In this document: piece after piece, positions 1 through 9,902 of the stretch
Numbering within the stretch: the stretch's first letter is position 1
Layout of the letters: every line of letters starts with the position of its first letter
Assembly: GCA_963727505.1 (NCBI GenBank)
Contig: CAVSGP010000004.1
Coordinates: forward strand, 672,001 to 736,000
Length of the DNA stretch: 64,000 nucleotides
Origin: an uncultured Trueperaceae bacterium
Lineage (GTDB): Bacteria; Deinococcota; Deinococci; Deinococcales; Trueperaceae
Reading direction: 5' to 3'
Position numbers and translations under genes: made by a program
The notes under the pieces: generated by a model
Seen by the model: only the letters and a program-made list of their open reading frames with translations
Told to the model about the DNA's origin: nothing
The model's database searches: none

Positions 1-244
1 CGACGGGCGCCAGGCGGTGTCCATGAGGGGTCACCCGGGCATGGCGGTGGGCGGCACCGGAGACGTACTGGCCGGACTGCTGGGCGCGCTGCTCACGAGC
101 GGCGACCCGTTCGAGCGGGCCTGCGTGGGGGTCTACATGCACGGGCGCGCAGGCGAACGGGCGGCGGTCGAGCGCGGCCTGGGGCTGGTGGCCAACGACG
201 TCGTGGAGGAGCTCACGAACGCCGCCAGCGAGCTGCTGTGCTAG
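1..244 (+). CDS. nnrD: NAD(P)H-hydrate dehydratase (carbohydrate kinase family), C-terminal part; 5' end outside window
   Basis: GHPGMAVGGTGDVLAG and VYMHGRAG motifs typical of NnrD/YjeF C-terminal domain. Confidence 0.85.
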   Translation, partial: DGRQAVSMRGHPGMAVGGTGDVLAGLLGALLTSGDPFERACVGVYMHGRAGERAAVERGLGLVANDVVEELTNAASELLC

Positions 245-254
245 ATTGCGGCCT

Positions 255-1151
255 ATGTTGCAGGTGCGCGTCCCCGCCACGAGTGCCAATCTCGGGCCCG
301 GGTTCGACGCGCTGGGGATCGCCCTCGATCTCGACCTGACCGTCCGCGCAGCTGAGAGCGATCGCGACCGTTTCACCTACCGCGGCGACGGTCACGTTCC
401 CGATTCCCCCCACAACCTCGTGCACCAGGGCTTCCGAGCGGCTTACCACGCGCTCGACCTTCAGCCTCCCCGGATGGCCTTCGACGCCGACAACCCGATC
501 CCGCTCGCGCGAGGATTGGGATCGTCGTCCGCCGCCCTGGTGGCGGGCGCCGCCCTGGCCGACGCCATGCTCGGAGAGCAGCTCGGGCGCGAGGCGGTCT
601 TCCGACTGGTGGCCCGTCTCGAGGGCCACCCCGACAACGTCGCTCCCGCCATCTTCGGAGGCTTCACGGTCTCCGCGGCCGACGAGGCCGGCGCCTTCCT
701 CAGCGCCAGCCTGCCGCTGCCGCCGAGCTGGCGACTGCTCTACGGCGTGCCGGACTTCGAGCTGCCCACGGCCAAGGCACGCGCGGTGTTGCCATCGAGC
801 TACGCCCGCTCCGATGCAGTGCGCACCTCGGGCCGGGCCGCGATGTGGGCGGTCGCGGTCGCGACCGACCGCCCCCAGCTCTTGCGTGTGGCATCGCTCG
901 ACGTGCTCCACGAACCCTACCGCTCCCCCCTGGTACCCGGCCTCGACGCCTGCCGGGCGGCCCTGCGCGCCGAGGGAGCCTTCGCCGCCTACCTCTCGGG
1001 CGCCGGCCCCACGCTCGGCGTGGTGGTCGACGAGCCCCGCGTCGAGGCGTGCCGCGCGCTGCTGGAGGACTTCGCCGGTGACGGCGGGAGGGTGCTCGAT
1101 CTGGGCGCCGGCCGGGGCTACGAGGTGGGAGCCGCACCCGAGCTGGAATAG
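255..1151 (+). CDS. thrB: Homoserine kinase
   Basis: VRVPATSANLGPGFD, PLARGLGSSSAA, EGHPDN and LSGAGPT GHMP motifs; ATG at 255 lies 7 nt after TAGATT. Confidence 0.95.
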   Translation: MLQVRVPATSANLGPGFDALGIALDLDLTVRAAESDRDRFTYRGDGHVPDSPHNLVHQGFRAAYHALDLQPPRMAFDADNPIPLARGLGSSSAALVAGAALADAMLGEQLGREAVFRLVARLEGHPDNVAPAIFGGFTVSAADEAGAFLSASLPLPPSWRLLYGVPDFELPTAKARAVLPSSYARSDAVRTSGRAAMWAVAVATDRPQLLRVASLDVLHEPYRSPLVPGLDACRAALRAEGAFAAYLSGAGPTLGVVVDEPRVEACRALLEDFAGDGGRVLDLGAGRGYEVGAAPELE

Positions 1152-1166
1152 CCCTGCAGGCCACGG

Positions 1167-2369
1167 CTACAGCCAGGCGCGAAGCACCTTGAACCCGGCA
1201 TCGACGCGCACCGTCTCGAAACCCTTCCAGGCGGAGAGCTCCCGCTCGTAGGGCAGCGCCTGGTTGGCAACGATCCACGCACTCCCGCCGCGCCGCAACC
1301 GGGCGCGCGCCGTATCCAGGAAGGCGCGCCCCAGCTCCAGGCGCACCTGCTTGCCGACGTGGAACGGCGGGTTCACGAGCAGCGCGTCGAAGCGCGCATC
1401 GGACGCCAGCGCAGCGTCCAGATCCGAGTGCAGCACCGTCGCCTCCGCCGGCAGGTTGCGCCGGGCACTCCGCACGGCGCTGAGGTCGTCGTCGAGGGCG
1501 GTCACCTGCGCGGCGCCGGCACGGAACGCGGCGTCGGCGAGGATGCCCGTGCCGCACCCCAGATCGGCGACAGCCGCCCCGCGGAGCGCCCCTCGGCCCT
1601 GCGCTTCGAGCGTCTCCAGCAGCACCGCCGTGCCCGGGTCGAGGGCGCGGGCGGAGTGCACGCCCGGAAGCGACCACCAGCCCCGGCCCAGCGCCTCGAA
1701 CCGGCGCCAGGGACCCGACGCTGCTGGGAGCGTCGTCGCGCCGCCCGGCTCCCCGGCGCCGGCCGGCGCCAGCCCCGTCGCGGCATCCGGTCCCCTCGCT
1801 CCCTCGAGGCGGACGACCCGCCAGCCCCGGCTCCGCCCCACCACGCTCACCTGGTCGAACCACGCCGCAGCGTCACGCTCGTAGCGCTTGGCTCCCTGAT
1901 CCTTGTGCATGGCCGCGTAGGCGACGCCGCCGGGCTCGAGCGCGCGGGCCGCGGCCGCCAGCTCGCAGCGCACGCGGTCGTTGCCGCGATCGGTGGGCGG
2001 CAGCAACAGCACGGACGGGTAGCGGGCGGGCTCCAGATCCCACGCCAGGCCGGCCGCAACCTCGACCCGCGCGTCGTCCCGGAAGCGCGCGGTCGCCGCG
2101 CGCAGGGCGGCGTAGGAAGGCTCGAGCACCACCACGCGCCGCGCGCCCGGCACCCCCAGGGCGCCCCCGCCGGCACTGCCGGTCGCATCCACCACCGTCC
2201 CGGCGAGCTCGGCGCCCGCGTCGGGCAGCGCGCCGAGCAGGGCATCGAGGAGCTCGACGAGACCGGGCGCGGGCCCCGGGAAGCCACGCACGCCGGCCGA
2301 GACGAGCAGCTGCCCGTGCCCGCCGACGACGACCGGCAGGCGATGATGGTGTGCCGCCACGACGCTCAC
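1167..2369 (-). CDS. Class I SAM-dependent methyltransferase (RsmC/MTS-like, duplicated domain)
   Basis: PGVHSARALDPGT, DLGCGTG and NPPFH motifs; GTG at 2369 lies 7 nt after TAGACT; the upstream part of the track ORF is a shadow of tsaD. Confidence 0.8.
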   Translation of the reverse strand: MSVVAAHHHRLPVVVGGHGQLLVSAGVRGFPGPAPGLVELLDALLGALPDAGAELAGTVVDATGSAGGGALGVPGARRVVVLEPSYAALRAATARFRDDARVEVAAGLAWDLEPARYPSVLLLPPTDRGNDRVRCELAAAARALEPGGVAYAAMHKDQGAKRYERDAAAWFDQVSVVGRSRGWRVVRLEGARGPDAATGLAPAGAGEPGGATTLPAASGPWRRFEALGRGWWSLPGVHSARALDPGTAVLLETLEAQGRGALRGAAVADLGCGTGILADAAFRAGAAQVTALDDDLSAVRSARRNLPAEATVLHSDLDAALASDARFDALLVNPPFHVGKQVRLELGRAFLDTARARLRRGGSAWIVANQALPYERELSAWKGFETVRVDAGFKVLRAWL

Positions 2370-2423
2370 GAGCCGCAGTCTACCCGCAGGGCGCTGGCGC
2401 GCCCTCGGTGGTAGCGTTGGAGC

Positions 2424-3437
2424 GTGCCGCTCGTGCTCGGGATCGATACCTCCTGCGATGACACCGGCGTCGGCCTGGTCGACGGCGGCCGCGTTCTGGC
2501 CAACGAGGTGGAGTCCCAGACTGCCCTCCACGCACGCTTCGGCGGCGTCGTGCCCGAGCAGGCCAGCCGAGAGCACCTCAGCGTCCTCGACGCGGTCGTG
2601 GAACGTGCGCTGGCGCGTGCGGGCGCCGGCCTCGCCGACCTCGACGCGGTGGCGGCCACCCGCGGGCCGGGCCTGGTCGGCGCCCTGCTGGTGGGCCTGG
2701 GATACGGCAAGGCGCTCGCCTGGGGCCTGGGCGTACCGTTCGTGCCGATCCACCACTTGGAGGGCCACATCGCCGCCGCGGTCGCGGGGTCGGGTCTGGC
2801 ACCCCCCTTCCTGTGCCTCATCGCCTCCGGAGGTCACACCGCGCTCTTCGCCGTACACGCCTGGAACGCCATCGAGCAGCTCGGACGGAGCCGCGACGAT
2901 GCCGCAGGGGAAGCGTTCGACAAGGTGGCACGGCTCCTCGGGCTCGGCTACCCCGGCGGACCGGCGCTGGCAGCCCTGGCGCAGCGCGGCGATGATCGGG
3001 CGGTGCCGCTGCCGCGCCCCATGCGCCACCAGCAGGGCTTCGACTTCAGCTTCAGCGGGCTCAAGACGGCGGTGGCGATCGCGCTCGAGCGCGAACCCGG
3101 GCTCGCGCCCGAGGACGTCGCCGCGAGCTTCGAGCGCACCGCCGTCGATGCCCTGGTCGCGGTCACGCTCCGGGCAGCGCAGCACACCGGACTGGAGAGG
3201 CTGGTCGTCGCGGGCGGCGTGGCCGCCAACGCGCGGCTGCGCGCGGCGATGGCGAGCGCCGGCCTGCGCGCCACCTTCCCCCCGCCGTCGCTGGCGACCG
3301 ACAACGGCGCCATGATCGCCCTCGCCGCGGAGCGCCGCCTCGCTGATGCCCGACAGCGCCAGGACGAGGCGCTCGGGGCCGACGCCGCGCCCTACCTGCC
3401 GCTTGCCGTCACCGGCGAGCCGAGCGCGTCGGCGTAG
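2424..3437 (+). CDS. tsaD: tRNA N6-adenosine threonylcarbamoyltransferase
   Basis: LGIDTSCDDT, GGVVPEQASREH, HHLEGH, SGGHT, GEAFDK and TDNGAMIA motifs. Confidence 0.97.
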   Translation: MPLVLGIDTSCDDTGVGLVDGGRVLANEVESQTALHARFGGVVPEQASREHLSVLDAVVERALARAGAGLADLDAVAATRGPGLVGALLVGLGYGKALAWGLGVPFVPIHHLEGHIAAAVAGSGLAPPFLCLIASGGHTALFAVHAWNAIEQLGRSRDDAAGEAFDKVARLLGLGYPGGPALAALAQRGDDRAVPLPRPMRHQQGFDFSFSGLKTAVAIALEREPGLAPEDVAASFERTAVDALVAVTLRAAQHTGLERLVVAGGVAANARLRAAMASAGLRATFPPPSLATDNGAMIALAAERRLADARQRQDEALGADAAPYLPLAVTGEPSASA

Positions 3438-4555
3438 GCCCGCGCCACCAGCGGCACCACCGAATCCTCCGAGAAGTCACGCAGCGCGCGTTGCCGCGCG
3501 GCCCTTGCGTAGCGGGCGTGGACGCCCTCGTCAGACAGCAACGCGACGGCGGCCCGAGCCATCCCCTCGATATCGCCGGGCTCCAACAGCCGCCCGCTCA
3601 CGCCGTCCTCCACCACTTCCGGCAGCCCGCCGATGCGGCTCGCCACCACCGGCACGCCACTCGCCATCGCCTCGAGAGCGGACAGACCGAACGACTCCTT
3701 GACGCTCGGCAGCAAGAACAGGTCGCTGACGGCGAGCACGTCCTCGATGCGCGGGAAGCTGCCAAGGAAGGAGACGCGTCCGGTCAGGCCGAGCTCGTCG
3801 GCGAGCGCCACGGCGGCGGGCCGGTCGGGACCGTCCCCCACCATCAGCAACCGCGCGCCGAGGCGCTCCGACACCCGCCCGAAGATACGGATGACGTCCT
3901 CCACCTTCTTCACGGCACGGAAGTTGGAGATGTGCACGAGCAGCTTCTCGTCGGGGTGCGCGAAGCGCTGGCGCGGATCGGGCCCGTCCGCCGGCGGCGC
4001 CGGCGCGGGGCGGAAGCGCTCGTGATCGACCGCGTTGGGGATCACGCGGATCGGAGCGCGCACCCCCATCTCGCGGTTGGTGTAATCGGCCAGGTAGCGG
4101 CTCACCGCGGTCACCACGTCGGAACGCTCGATGCTGTACTGGGTGGTGCGAAGGTAGGCCCGGTTGAGCCCCACCAGCGTCACGTCGGTGCCGTGCAAGG
4201 TGGTGACCACCACGGGCCGTCGGGCGGCATGCACCATGTCGCGCGCGAGCACGGCGGCCGTTGCGTGGGGGACGGCGTAGTGCGCGTGGATGACATCGAT
4301 GCCGACCTCCTCGATGACCTCGGCAAGCTTCGACGCCTCGGCCAGCGTCGTGAGCGGTGCGTCGAACAGCGGGTAGGTCATCGCCTCCACCTGGTGGAAG
4401 AAGACGTTGGGCAGCGAGGGTTCAGTGAGGCGGAACGGCACACGGTCGGCCACGAAATGCACCGCGTCGCCGGAGCGCGCGAAGCTGAGCCCCAGCTCGG
4501 TGGCGGCTACGCCGCTGCCGCCCGCCCCGCTGTGGAGCAACACGGCGATGTTCAC
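3392..4555 (-). CDS. bshA: N-acetyl-alpha-D-glucosaminyl L-malate synthase (bacillithiol biosynthesis, GT4)
   Basis: GGSGVAATELG, HAHYAVPHA, TTLHGTD, HISNFRAVK and ESFGLSALEAM motifs. Confidence 0.93.
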   Translation of the reverse strand: MNIAVLLHSGAGGSGVAATELGLSFARSGDAVHFVADRVPFRLTEPSLPNVFFHQVEAMTYPLFDAPLTTLAEASKLAEVIEEVGIDVIHAHYAVPHATAAVLARDMVHAARRPVVVTTLHGTDVTLVGLNRAYLRTTQYSIERSDVVTAVSRYLADYTNREMGVRAPIRVIPNAVDHERFRPAPAPPADGPDPRQRFAHPDEKLLVHISNFRAVKKVEDVIRIFGRVSERLGARLLMVGDGPDRPAAVALADELGLTGRVSFLGSFPRIEDVLAVSDLFLLPSVKESFGLSALEAMASGVPVVASRIGGLPEVVEDGVSGRLLEPGDIEGMARAAVALLSDEGVHARYARAARQRALRDFSEDSVVPLVARAYADALGSPVTASGR

Positions 4556-4599
4556 GTCGGGACCTCGTCGAGCGCCGGGCGATCGGAGATGTCGAGCAC
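4552..4599 (-). CDS. Putative leaderless micro-ORF MLDISDRPALDEVPT coupled to bshA
   Basis: TAGACT (4610-4605), 5 nt, GTG; its TGA overlaps the bshA GTG start (GTGA). Confidence 0.45.
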   Translation of the reverse strand: MLDISDRPALDEVPT

Positions 4600-4681
4600 G
4601 GTGCAGTCTATGGGGCGTGGCCGTCAGCCAGCCGTCTCCGAGGCTACCCGGTCCGCAGTCCGCACGCCGGCGGTCGGGGGA

Positions 4682-5242
4682 TCAGCCCACATTGCCCCAC
4701 AGGCCCGCCAGGTACATCTCCTGCGTGATCACGCCATGGACGGTCTCGCGCTCGCTGACCACGACCAGCTGTTCGTGTGCCAGCACCCTGCGTAGCTCGG
4801 TGACCGCCACGCCCGGAGGGACCTTGACGAGCTCCTCCCAGGAGGTGATGCTGTCGCGCCGCAGGCCCGTGACACCCACCGGGACGCCCCCTTGCTTGAC
4901 GATCACGACGCGGTTCTCGGCGAGAGTGTGGACGACTTCGCCGGCATCCACCTGTGGCACGCGCCCGGCCGCCCGACCGGCGGTCGGCGGAACCAGCAAA
5001 CCGAACGTCAGGAGCGTGGGGCTGGGAAGGTGCAGCGCCGAGCGCGCGTACACCAGCGCGCCGCTGTAGGCCACCACGAACGCCACGCCCTCCAGCAGGC
5101 CGGCGGGGTTGAAGCTGGTGAAGCCGAGACGGCCGGAACGCCCCAGGAGCAGGAACACCACGAACGAGATCAGCAGCGCGAAGCCGAACGAAGTCACCCC
5201 GCCCCAGAAGGCGGCGCTGCGCAGTTGACCCGGCCGCCTCAT
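4682..5242 (-). CDS. Membrane protein with degenerate C-terminal CBS-like pair
   Basis: Two hydrophobic N-terminal helices; VVKQGGVPVGV and VVSERETVHGVITQEM resemble CBS repeats. Confidence 0.55.
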   Translation of the reverse strand: MRRPGQLRSAAFWGGVTSFGFALLISFVVFLLLGRSGRLGFTSFNPAGLLEGVAFVVAYSGALVYARSALHLPSPTLLTFGLLVPPTAGRAAGRVPQVDAGEVVHTLAENRVVIVKQGGVPVGVTGLRRDSITSWEELVKVPPGVAVTELRRVLAHEQLVVVSERETVHGVITQEMYLAGLWGNVG

Positions 5243-5270
5243 GCGACCCTCCGGTGTCCGTGCGGAGCGC

Positions 5271-6056
5271 TCACGCGTTCGCTCCCGGGAGGCCAGGGCG
5301 GCGCTCGTCGAGAGCCCCCGGGAGATGTCCCGGACGGTCGACGTCGGCTGCCAGGGCGGCATCGTCGGTCACCAACGCGCGCGCATGGATGCCGGACATC
5401 CGTTCCAGGCGTCGCTCGAGCTGACCGATTCCCGCCGTACCCAGGAGGAGCGCCAGCAGCACGTCCACACCGAACAACCCTGCCAGTGCCAGCGGGTTCT
5501 TGCGGGCCCGGAAGGCGGCGTCGATCAGCGGCAGCAGCTTCGGCACGGCCGCAGGGGCGATCAACACGGCGTTCCCACCCGTCACCCGGCCCTCTCGAAG
5601 GCGGACGTAGGTACGTCGTTGGTGCGGGAACTGCGCGCTCGATGCTGCTTCGGTCACGGCCGGATAGACCAGGTCGGCGTCGGGCACAGCGTCGATGAAG
5701 GCGGCCAGGCCGTCCGAGGTCACCCAGGGGATGTCGGCGGTGAGCACCAGCAAGCGCGCCTCGGGCGCCTGCGCCAGCGCGGCCCCCACGCCGAGCGCAA
5801 GCGAGTCGACGAGGCGCCTCCCGGCGGGCACGGACACGTCGTAGAGGCCTCGCAGTCGGACGTTGACGGGACCGACGTACACGATGCGGCCCACCGGGGC
5901 GCAGCTGCGCAACGCCTCCAACACGTATGCGCCCATCGGCTTGCCGGCCAGCGGCACCAGCGCCTTGGCTTCGACGCCGGCGTCGGCCGCCATACGATCG
6001 CCGACCTCGCCGCCCGCCAGGACCACGGCAATGGTGGCTTCTCGGGACGCCCTCAT
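5271..6056 (-). CDS. MobA-like NTP transferase domain protein
   Basis: AVVLAGG...KALVPLAGKPM, LTADIP and ADVD motifs; ATG 6 nt after TACAAT. Confidence 0.8.
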   Translation of the reverse strand: MRASREATIAVVLAGGEVGDRMAADAGVEAKALVPLAGKPMGAYVLEALRSCAPVGRIVYVGPVNVRLRGLYDVSVPAGRRLVDSLALGVGAALAQAPEARLLVLTADIPWVTSDGLAAFIDAVPDADLVYPAVTEAASSAQFPHQRRTYVRLREGRVTGGNAVLIAPAAVPKLLPLIDAAFRARKNPLALAGLFGVDVLLALLLGTAGIGQLERRLERMSGIHARALVTDDAALAADVDRPGHLPGALDERRPGLPGANA

Positions 6057-6103
6057 GCATCGATTGTAGCGCGCGCCAGAGCGCGTTCGACGACCACGAA
6101 AGA

Positions 6104-6140
6104 TCGGCTGGGCGGGACCGGTCCGGTCCCGCCCAGCCGA
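6104..6140 (-). terminator. Perfect 18-bp inverted repeat, likely terminator of the PEGA gene
   Basis: TCGGCTGGGCGGGACCGG-T-CCGGTCCCGCCCAGCCGA, followed by TCTTT on the minus strand. Confidence 0.7.
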
Positions 6141-6186
6141 CGCGCGAAACGCGCAGGTGCTGCAAGGTCGTCGGCGGCCGCCCTGC

Positions 6187-7413
6187 TCAGAGGTGGGCCT
6201 GGCTGGCCGAGAGCCGCGCGGTCTCCCCGGCCTGGATGACGAAGCTGCTGACATAGGTCCGGAAACCGGGGGCCACGAGCGTGAGCTCGTGCTGTCCGGG
6301 ATCCAGGTCCGGCACCGAAAGCCGGCCGCTGCCGTTCGGGATCGTTCCGACCTGCCGCCCGTCGATGAACGCCGTCGCGCCGCCCACGTTGGCCTGGATG
6401 ATCAGCGTGCCGGAAGCGCGCTGCAGGCTCGTGGACACCTGCCGGTCTTCGCCGCTCGCCAGGTTGAAGCTGACGCTCGCGTCCTGATAGCCGGGCAGGC
6501 TGAAGCGCGCGGTGTGGTTGCCCGCGTCGACGTTCATGCGCCCGATGGGCGTGGAGCCGACGTGGTTGCCGTCGAGGTAGACGTTCGCCCCGCGCGGGTT
6601 GCTGTCGAACGATACCGACCCGATCCGGCGGATGGGCTGGAGCTGCGCCGTGACCGACTGCGTCTCGCCCGGGCGCAGATCGACGCGGGTCTGGAACGTC
6701 TCGTAACCGTCCTTGGTGACCTTCACGTCGTGCCGCCCGGGGTGGGTGCCGAAGTTCGTCGGTGTGGTCCCCACGTAGTCGCCGTCGACATAGACCTGCG
6801 CCTGCTGCGGGTTGGAGTCGATGCGCAGGTTTCCGAAAGCGGGCTGCTGAGGCCGGTCACCGACGTAGTACAGCACAGTACTGGTCACCCAGTCCTGCTG
6901 CGGGACCGGCTTGACGACGATGGCGAAGCCGTGGACGAAGCCGTCCTGGCCCCCACTGCCGCTAGCGAAGTTGTCGCCCGACTTGAACTGCACGATGTCA
7001 CGCGTATCGAGTTGCTGCTTGCTGGCCACCGCGATGACCTTCGACAGGCCACGTGGCGGCGCGATGCTGAAGGAGTAGCGCGCGTTCGCCGGCGGGAAGG
7101 TGCGGGTCTCCCCGGCGTTCAGGCGGTTGTTCTGCCCTTGCTGGTCGTAGCGGTTGGGCAGGATCTGGGTGATCTCGCCGTCGGGCTTGACGCTGAACAG
7201 GTAGACGTAGGCCGACTGGCTCACGCGCACCGAGATCTGGACGTTCTCGCCCAGCTGGTAGACGGGTTGCGAGCCCCCCTTGTCGAGGGTCACGTCGACG
7301 TTGAAGTTGGGAGCCGGGTTGGGGTTGACGACGATCGCCTCGGGGCTGATGACGATCTTCTGGGCAAAGGCCAGCGGGAGAGCTAGAGCGAGTAGGATCA
7401 GGATTTTCCTCAT
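6187..7413 (-). CDS. Secreted DUF4384 + PEGA-repeat envelope (S-layer-like) protein
   Basis: Signal peptide (AFA-Q); YQLGENVQISVRVSQSAYVYLF domain; repeated DSNPxxAxVYxDG...G.TP PEGA units; GGAGG RBS. Confidence 0.85.
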   Translation of the reverse strand: MRKILILLALALPLAFAQKIVISPEAIVVNPNPAPNFNVDVTLDKGGSQPVYQLGENVQISVRVSQSAYVYLFSVKPDGEITQILPNRYDQQGQNNRLNAGETRTFPPANARYSFSIAPPRGLSKVIAVASKQQLDTRDIVQFKSGDNFASGSGGQDGFVHGFAIVVKPVPQQDWVTSTVLYYVGDRPQQPAFGNLRIDSNPQQAQVYVDGDYVGTTPTNFGTHPGRHDVKVTKDGYETFQTRVDLRPGETQSVTAQLQPIRRIGSVSFDSNPRGANVYLDGNHVGSTPIGRMNVDAGNHTARFSLPGYQDASVSFNLASGEDRQVSTSLQRASGTLIIQANVGGATAFIDGRQVGTIPNGSGRLSVPDLDPGQHELTLVAPGFRTYVSSFVIQAGETARLSASQAHL

Positions 7414-7667
7414 GGCCGGCCTCCTTTCCTATTCCTGAGGCTAGCACGCACCCTCCGAAGCGCGTGATGATGGGCTTAAACCGCTCTTCATTGAGCCTTC
7501 TTCATGTACCATGGGCTCGATGCGCGCTGTGGCGTGCGGCACTGGGACGCGGTTCCTGTCGCTCCGGCGCCGGCGCGGGCGGCGACGTCGACGCGCCCCC
7601 GGCGGACCGCGGGGGTCTCCCTCTCACGGTTCTGGTCCCTGCGCTTCGCATACTCCAGGAGATGACC

Positions 7668-8378
7668 ATGCAACGACCCCTCCTCCGCCGCCTGGCACTC
7701 CTCGCCGCTCTGCTCATCGCGGCGACGGCGAGCGCCCAGCAGCCGGACGTATCCACCGTGCTCGACAACATCACGAACGCGGCGAACGCGATTCAGGACG
7801 CTACCTTCACCGTCACGGGCAAGCTGGTGGACTCCGACGGCACGGTGATCCCTCTCGATGTGGACATCCAGGCGATCCCCCCACAGCACCTGGCCAGCGC
7901 CTACATCAACCAGCCCGACGCCCTGGCCGACAACCAGATCGTCCTCGACGGCAACGTGGTCAAGAACTACACCTTCCTGACCAACCAGATCACGCTCTTC
8001 GACGCCAACGACCCCGATGCGCTGGGAGGCCTGTTGCCGGCGAGCCCGAACGGCCAGAGCGCCCCGCAGATCTCGTTCGACCTGGGCAAGATCTTCGCGG
8101 GCTACGACGCCAGCATCAAGAACGTGACGGCCGACGGCAGCACCAAGACCTACGTGCTCGACTTCGCCAACAAGGATCCCAAGGCGAGCATCCTCAACGT
8201 CGAGGCCACCGTGCCCTCCAGCGACTGGCTGCCCCGCCGGCTCGTCTTCCTCCAGAAGGGCGACCGGGTGGTCGCCGACCTCAACGTCGAGAACCTCAAG
8301 CTCGACCAGGGACTCGATCCGAAGAAGGTCGGCTACCTCCCGCAGGACGCCGAGGTCATCGACAACCGCAAGAATTGA
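7668..8378 (+). CDS. Outer-membrane lipoprotein carrier LolA-like protein
   Basis: Signal peptide; QPDALADNQIVLDG and C-terminal NLKLDQGLDPKKVGYLPQDAEVID fit the LolA fold. Confidence 0.7.
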   Translation: MQRPLLRRLALLAALLIAATASAQQPDVSTVLDNITNAANAIQDATFTVTGKLVDSDGTVIPLDVDIQAIPPQHLASAYINQPDALADNQIVLDGNVVKNYTFLTNQITLFDANDPDALGGLLPASPNGQSAPQISFDLGKIFAGYDASIKNVTADGSTKTYVLDFANKDPKASILNVEATVPSSDWLPRRLVFLQKGDRVVADLNVENLKLDQGLDPKKVGYLPQDAEVIDNRKN

Positions 8379-8386
8379 ATCCGCTC

Positions 8387-8418
8387 TACCCAGGCGCCGG
8401 AGGCCCGGCGCCTGGGTA
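8387..8418. terminator. Hairpin between convergent lolA-like and fumC genes
   Basis: TACCCAGGCGCCGG-AGGC-CCGGCGCCTGGGTA, 14-bp perfect stem. Confidence 0.65.
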
Positions 8419-8432
8419 AGGCGGCCGACGCC

Positions 8433-9827
8433 TCAGCCGGGCCGCTCCCCGACCATCCGTTCGGGCACGACCGCCTCGTCGAACTCCTCCTCGGTCAGGT
8501 ACCCGAGCCGCACCGCCGCCTGCTTCAGTGTCAGCCCGTCGGTGTGCGCCGTCTGCGCGATCTCGGCCGCCTTGTAGTAGCCGATCCTGGTGTTGAGCGC
8601 CGTCACCAGCATCAGGGAGTTGTCGAGGTGCTCTCGGATGCGCTCCCGGTTGGGAGTGATGCCGACCACGCAGTTGTCGGTGAACGAGGCGCTGGCGTCG
8701 CCTAGCAAACGCGCGCTCATCAGCAAGTTGTAGATCATCACCGGCTTGAACACGTTGAGCTGGAACTGGCCGTGGGTCCCGGCCACGCTCACGGCGGTGT
8801 CGTTGCCGATGACCTGCGCGCAGACCATGGTCATGGCTTCGGCCTGCGTGGGGTTCACCTTGCCCGGCATGATCGACGAGCCCGGCTCGTTGGCGGGCAG
8901 GCTGATCTCGCCGATGCCGCAACGCGGGCCCGACGCCAGAAGCCGCACGTTGTTGGCCACGGCCAGCAGGCTCACGGCCACCCGCTTGAGGGCCCCCGAC
9001 GCCTCCACGATGGCGTCGTGCGCGCTGAGGCTCTCGAACTTGTTCTCGGCGCTCACGAAGGGGTGGCCGGTCAGCTCGGCGATCACCTGCGCCACCCGCA
9101 CGGCGAACCCGGGAGGGGTGTTCAGGCCGGTGCCGACCGCCGTGCCGCCGAGGGCCAGCTCGCGAAGGTGCTCGAGACTGTTCTCGACGGTCTCGATGCC
9201 CTTCTTGACCTGCGCCGCGTAGCCGCTGAACTCCTGACCCAGCGTCAGCGGCGTCGCGTCCATCAGGTGGGTCCGCCCGATCTTGACGATGTCCATGAAC
9301 TCCCGCGCCTTGGCGTCCAGCGCCTGTTGGAGCCGGCGCAACTGCGGCAGGGTGTGCTCGACCAGCGCCACATAGGCCGCCACGTGCATGGCAGTCGGGA
9401 AGGTGTCGTTGGAGGACTGCGACTTGTTGACGTCGTCGTTCGGATGGATGGGGGTCTTGCTGCCCAGCTCGCCACCCAGCAAGCGGATCGCCCGGTTGGA
9501 GACCACCTCGTTGACGTTCATGTTCGACTGCGTGCCGGACCCGGTCTGCCAGACCACCAGCGGGAAGTGGTCGTCGAGCTCACCGGCCAGGATCTCGTCG
9601 CAGACGCGAGCGATGATGTCGGCCTTGTCCTGGGGGAAGTCGGTGAGCTCCGCGTTGGTGATCGCCGCCGCCTTCTTCAGCACCGCGAAAGCGGCGATGA
9701 CCTCGGAAGGCATGCGTTGCCCCCCGATCTTGAAGTTCTCCAGGGAGCGCTGCGTCTGCGCACCCCAGTAGCGGTCGGCGGCCACGCGGACCTCGCCCAG
9801 CGTGTCCTTCTCGATGCGGTACTCCAT
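8433..9827 (-). CDS. fumC: Class II fumarate hydratase
   Basis: [21 protein letters not shown] and [11 protein letters not shown] signature; GGAGG RBS. Confidence 0.97.
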   Translation of the reverse strand: MEYRIEKDTLGEVRVAADRYWGAQTQRSLENFKIGGQRMPSEVIAAFAVLKKAAAITNAELTDFPQDKADIIARVCDEILAGELDDHFPLVVWQTGSGTQSNMNVNEVVSNRAIRLLGGELGSKTPIHPNDDVNKSQSSNDTFPTAMHVAAYVALVEHTLPQLRRLQQALDAKAREFMDIVKIGRTHLMDATPLTLGQEFSGYAAQVKKGIETVENSLEHLRELALGGTAVGTGLNTPPGFAVRVAQVIAELTGHPFVSAENKFESLSAHDAIVEASGALKRVAVSLLAVANNVRLLASGPRCGIGEISLPANEPGSSIMPGKVNPTQAEAMTMVCAQVIGNDTAVSVAGTHGQFQLNVFKPVMIYNLLMSARLLGDASASFTDNCVVGITPNRERIREHLDNSLMLVTALNTRIGYYKAAEIAQTAHTDGLTLKQAAVRLGYLTEEEFDEAVVPERMVGERPG

Positions 9828-9902
9828 GGTTCCTCCAAGGTGACGGCGCGGGCCGCCTGACGGGCCCATGCTAACGCCGGGCGCCTCCCAGCCGGGTCGG
9901 TG

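Noticed and set aside
1167..3185. 672-aa ORF and the many other long overlapping Arg/Pro/Ala-rich ORFs in the track
   Set aside because: Antisense or alternate-frame shadows of recognisable genes, with no protein motifs
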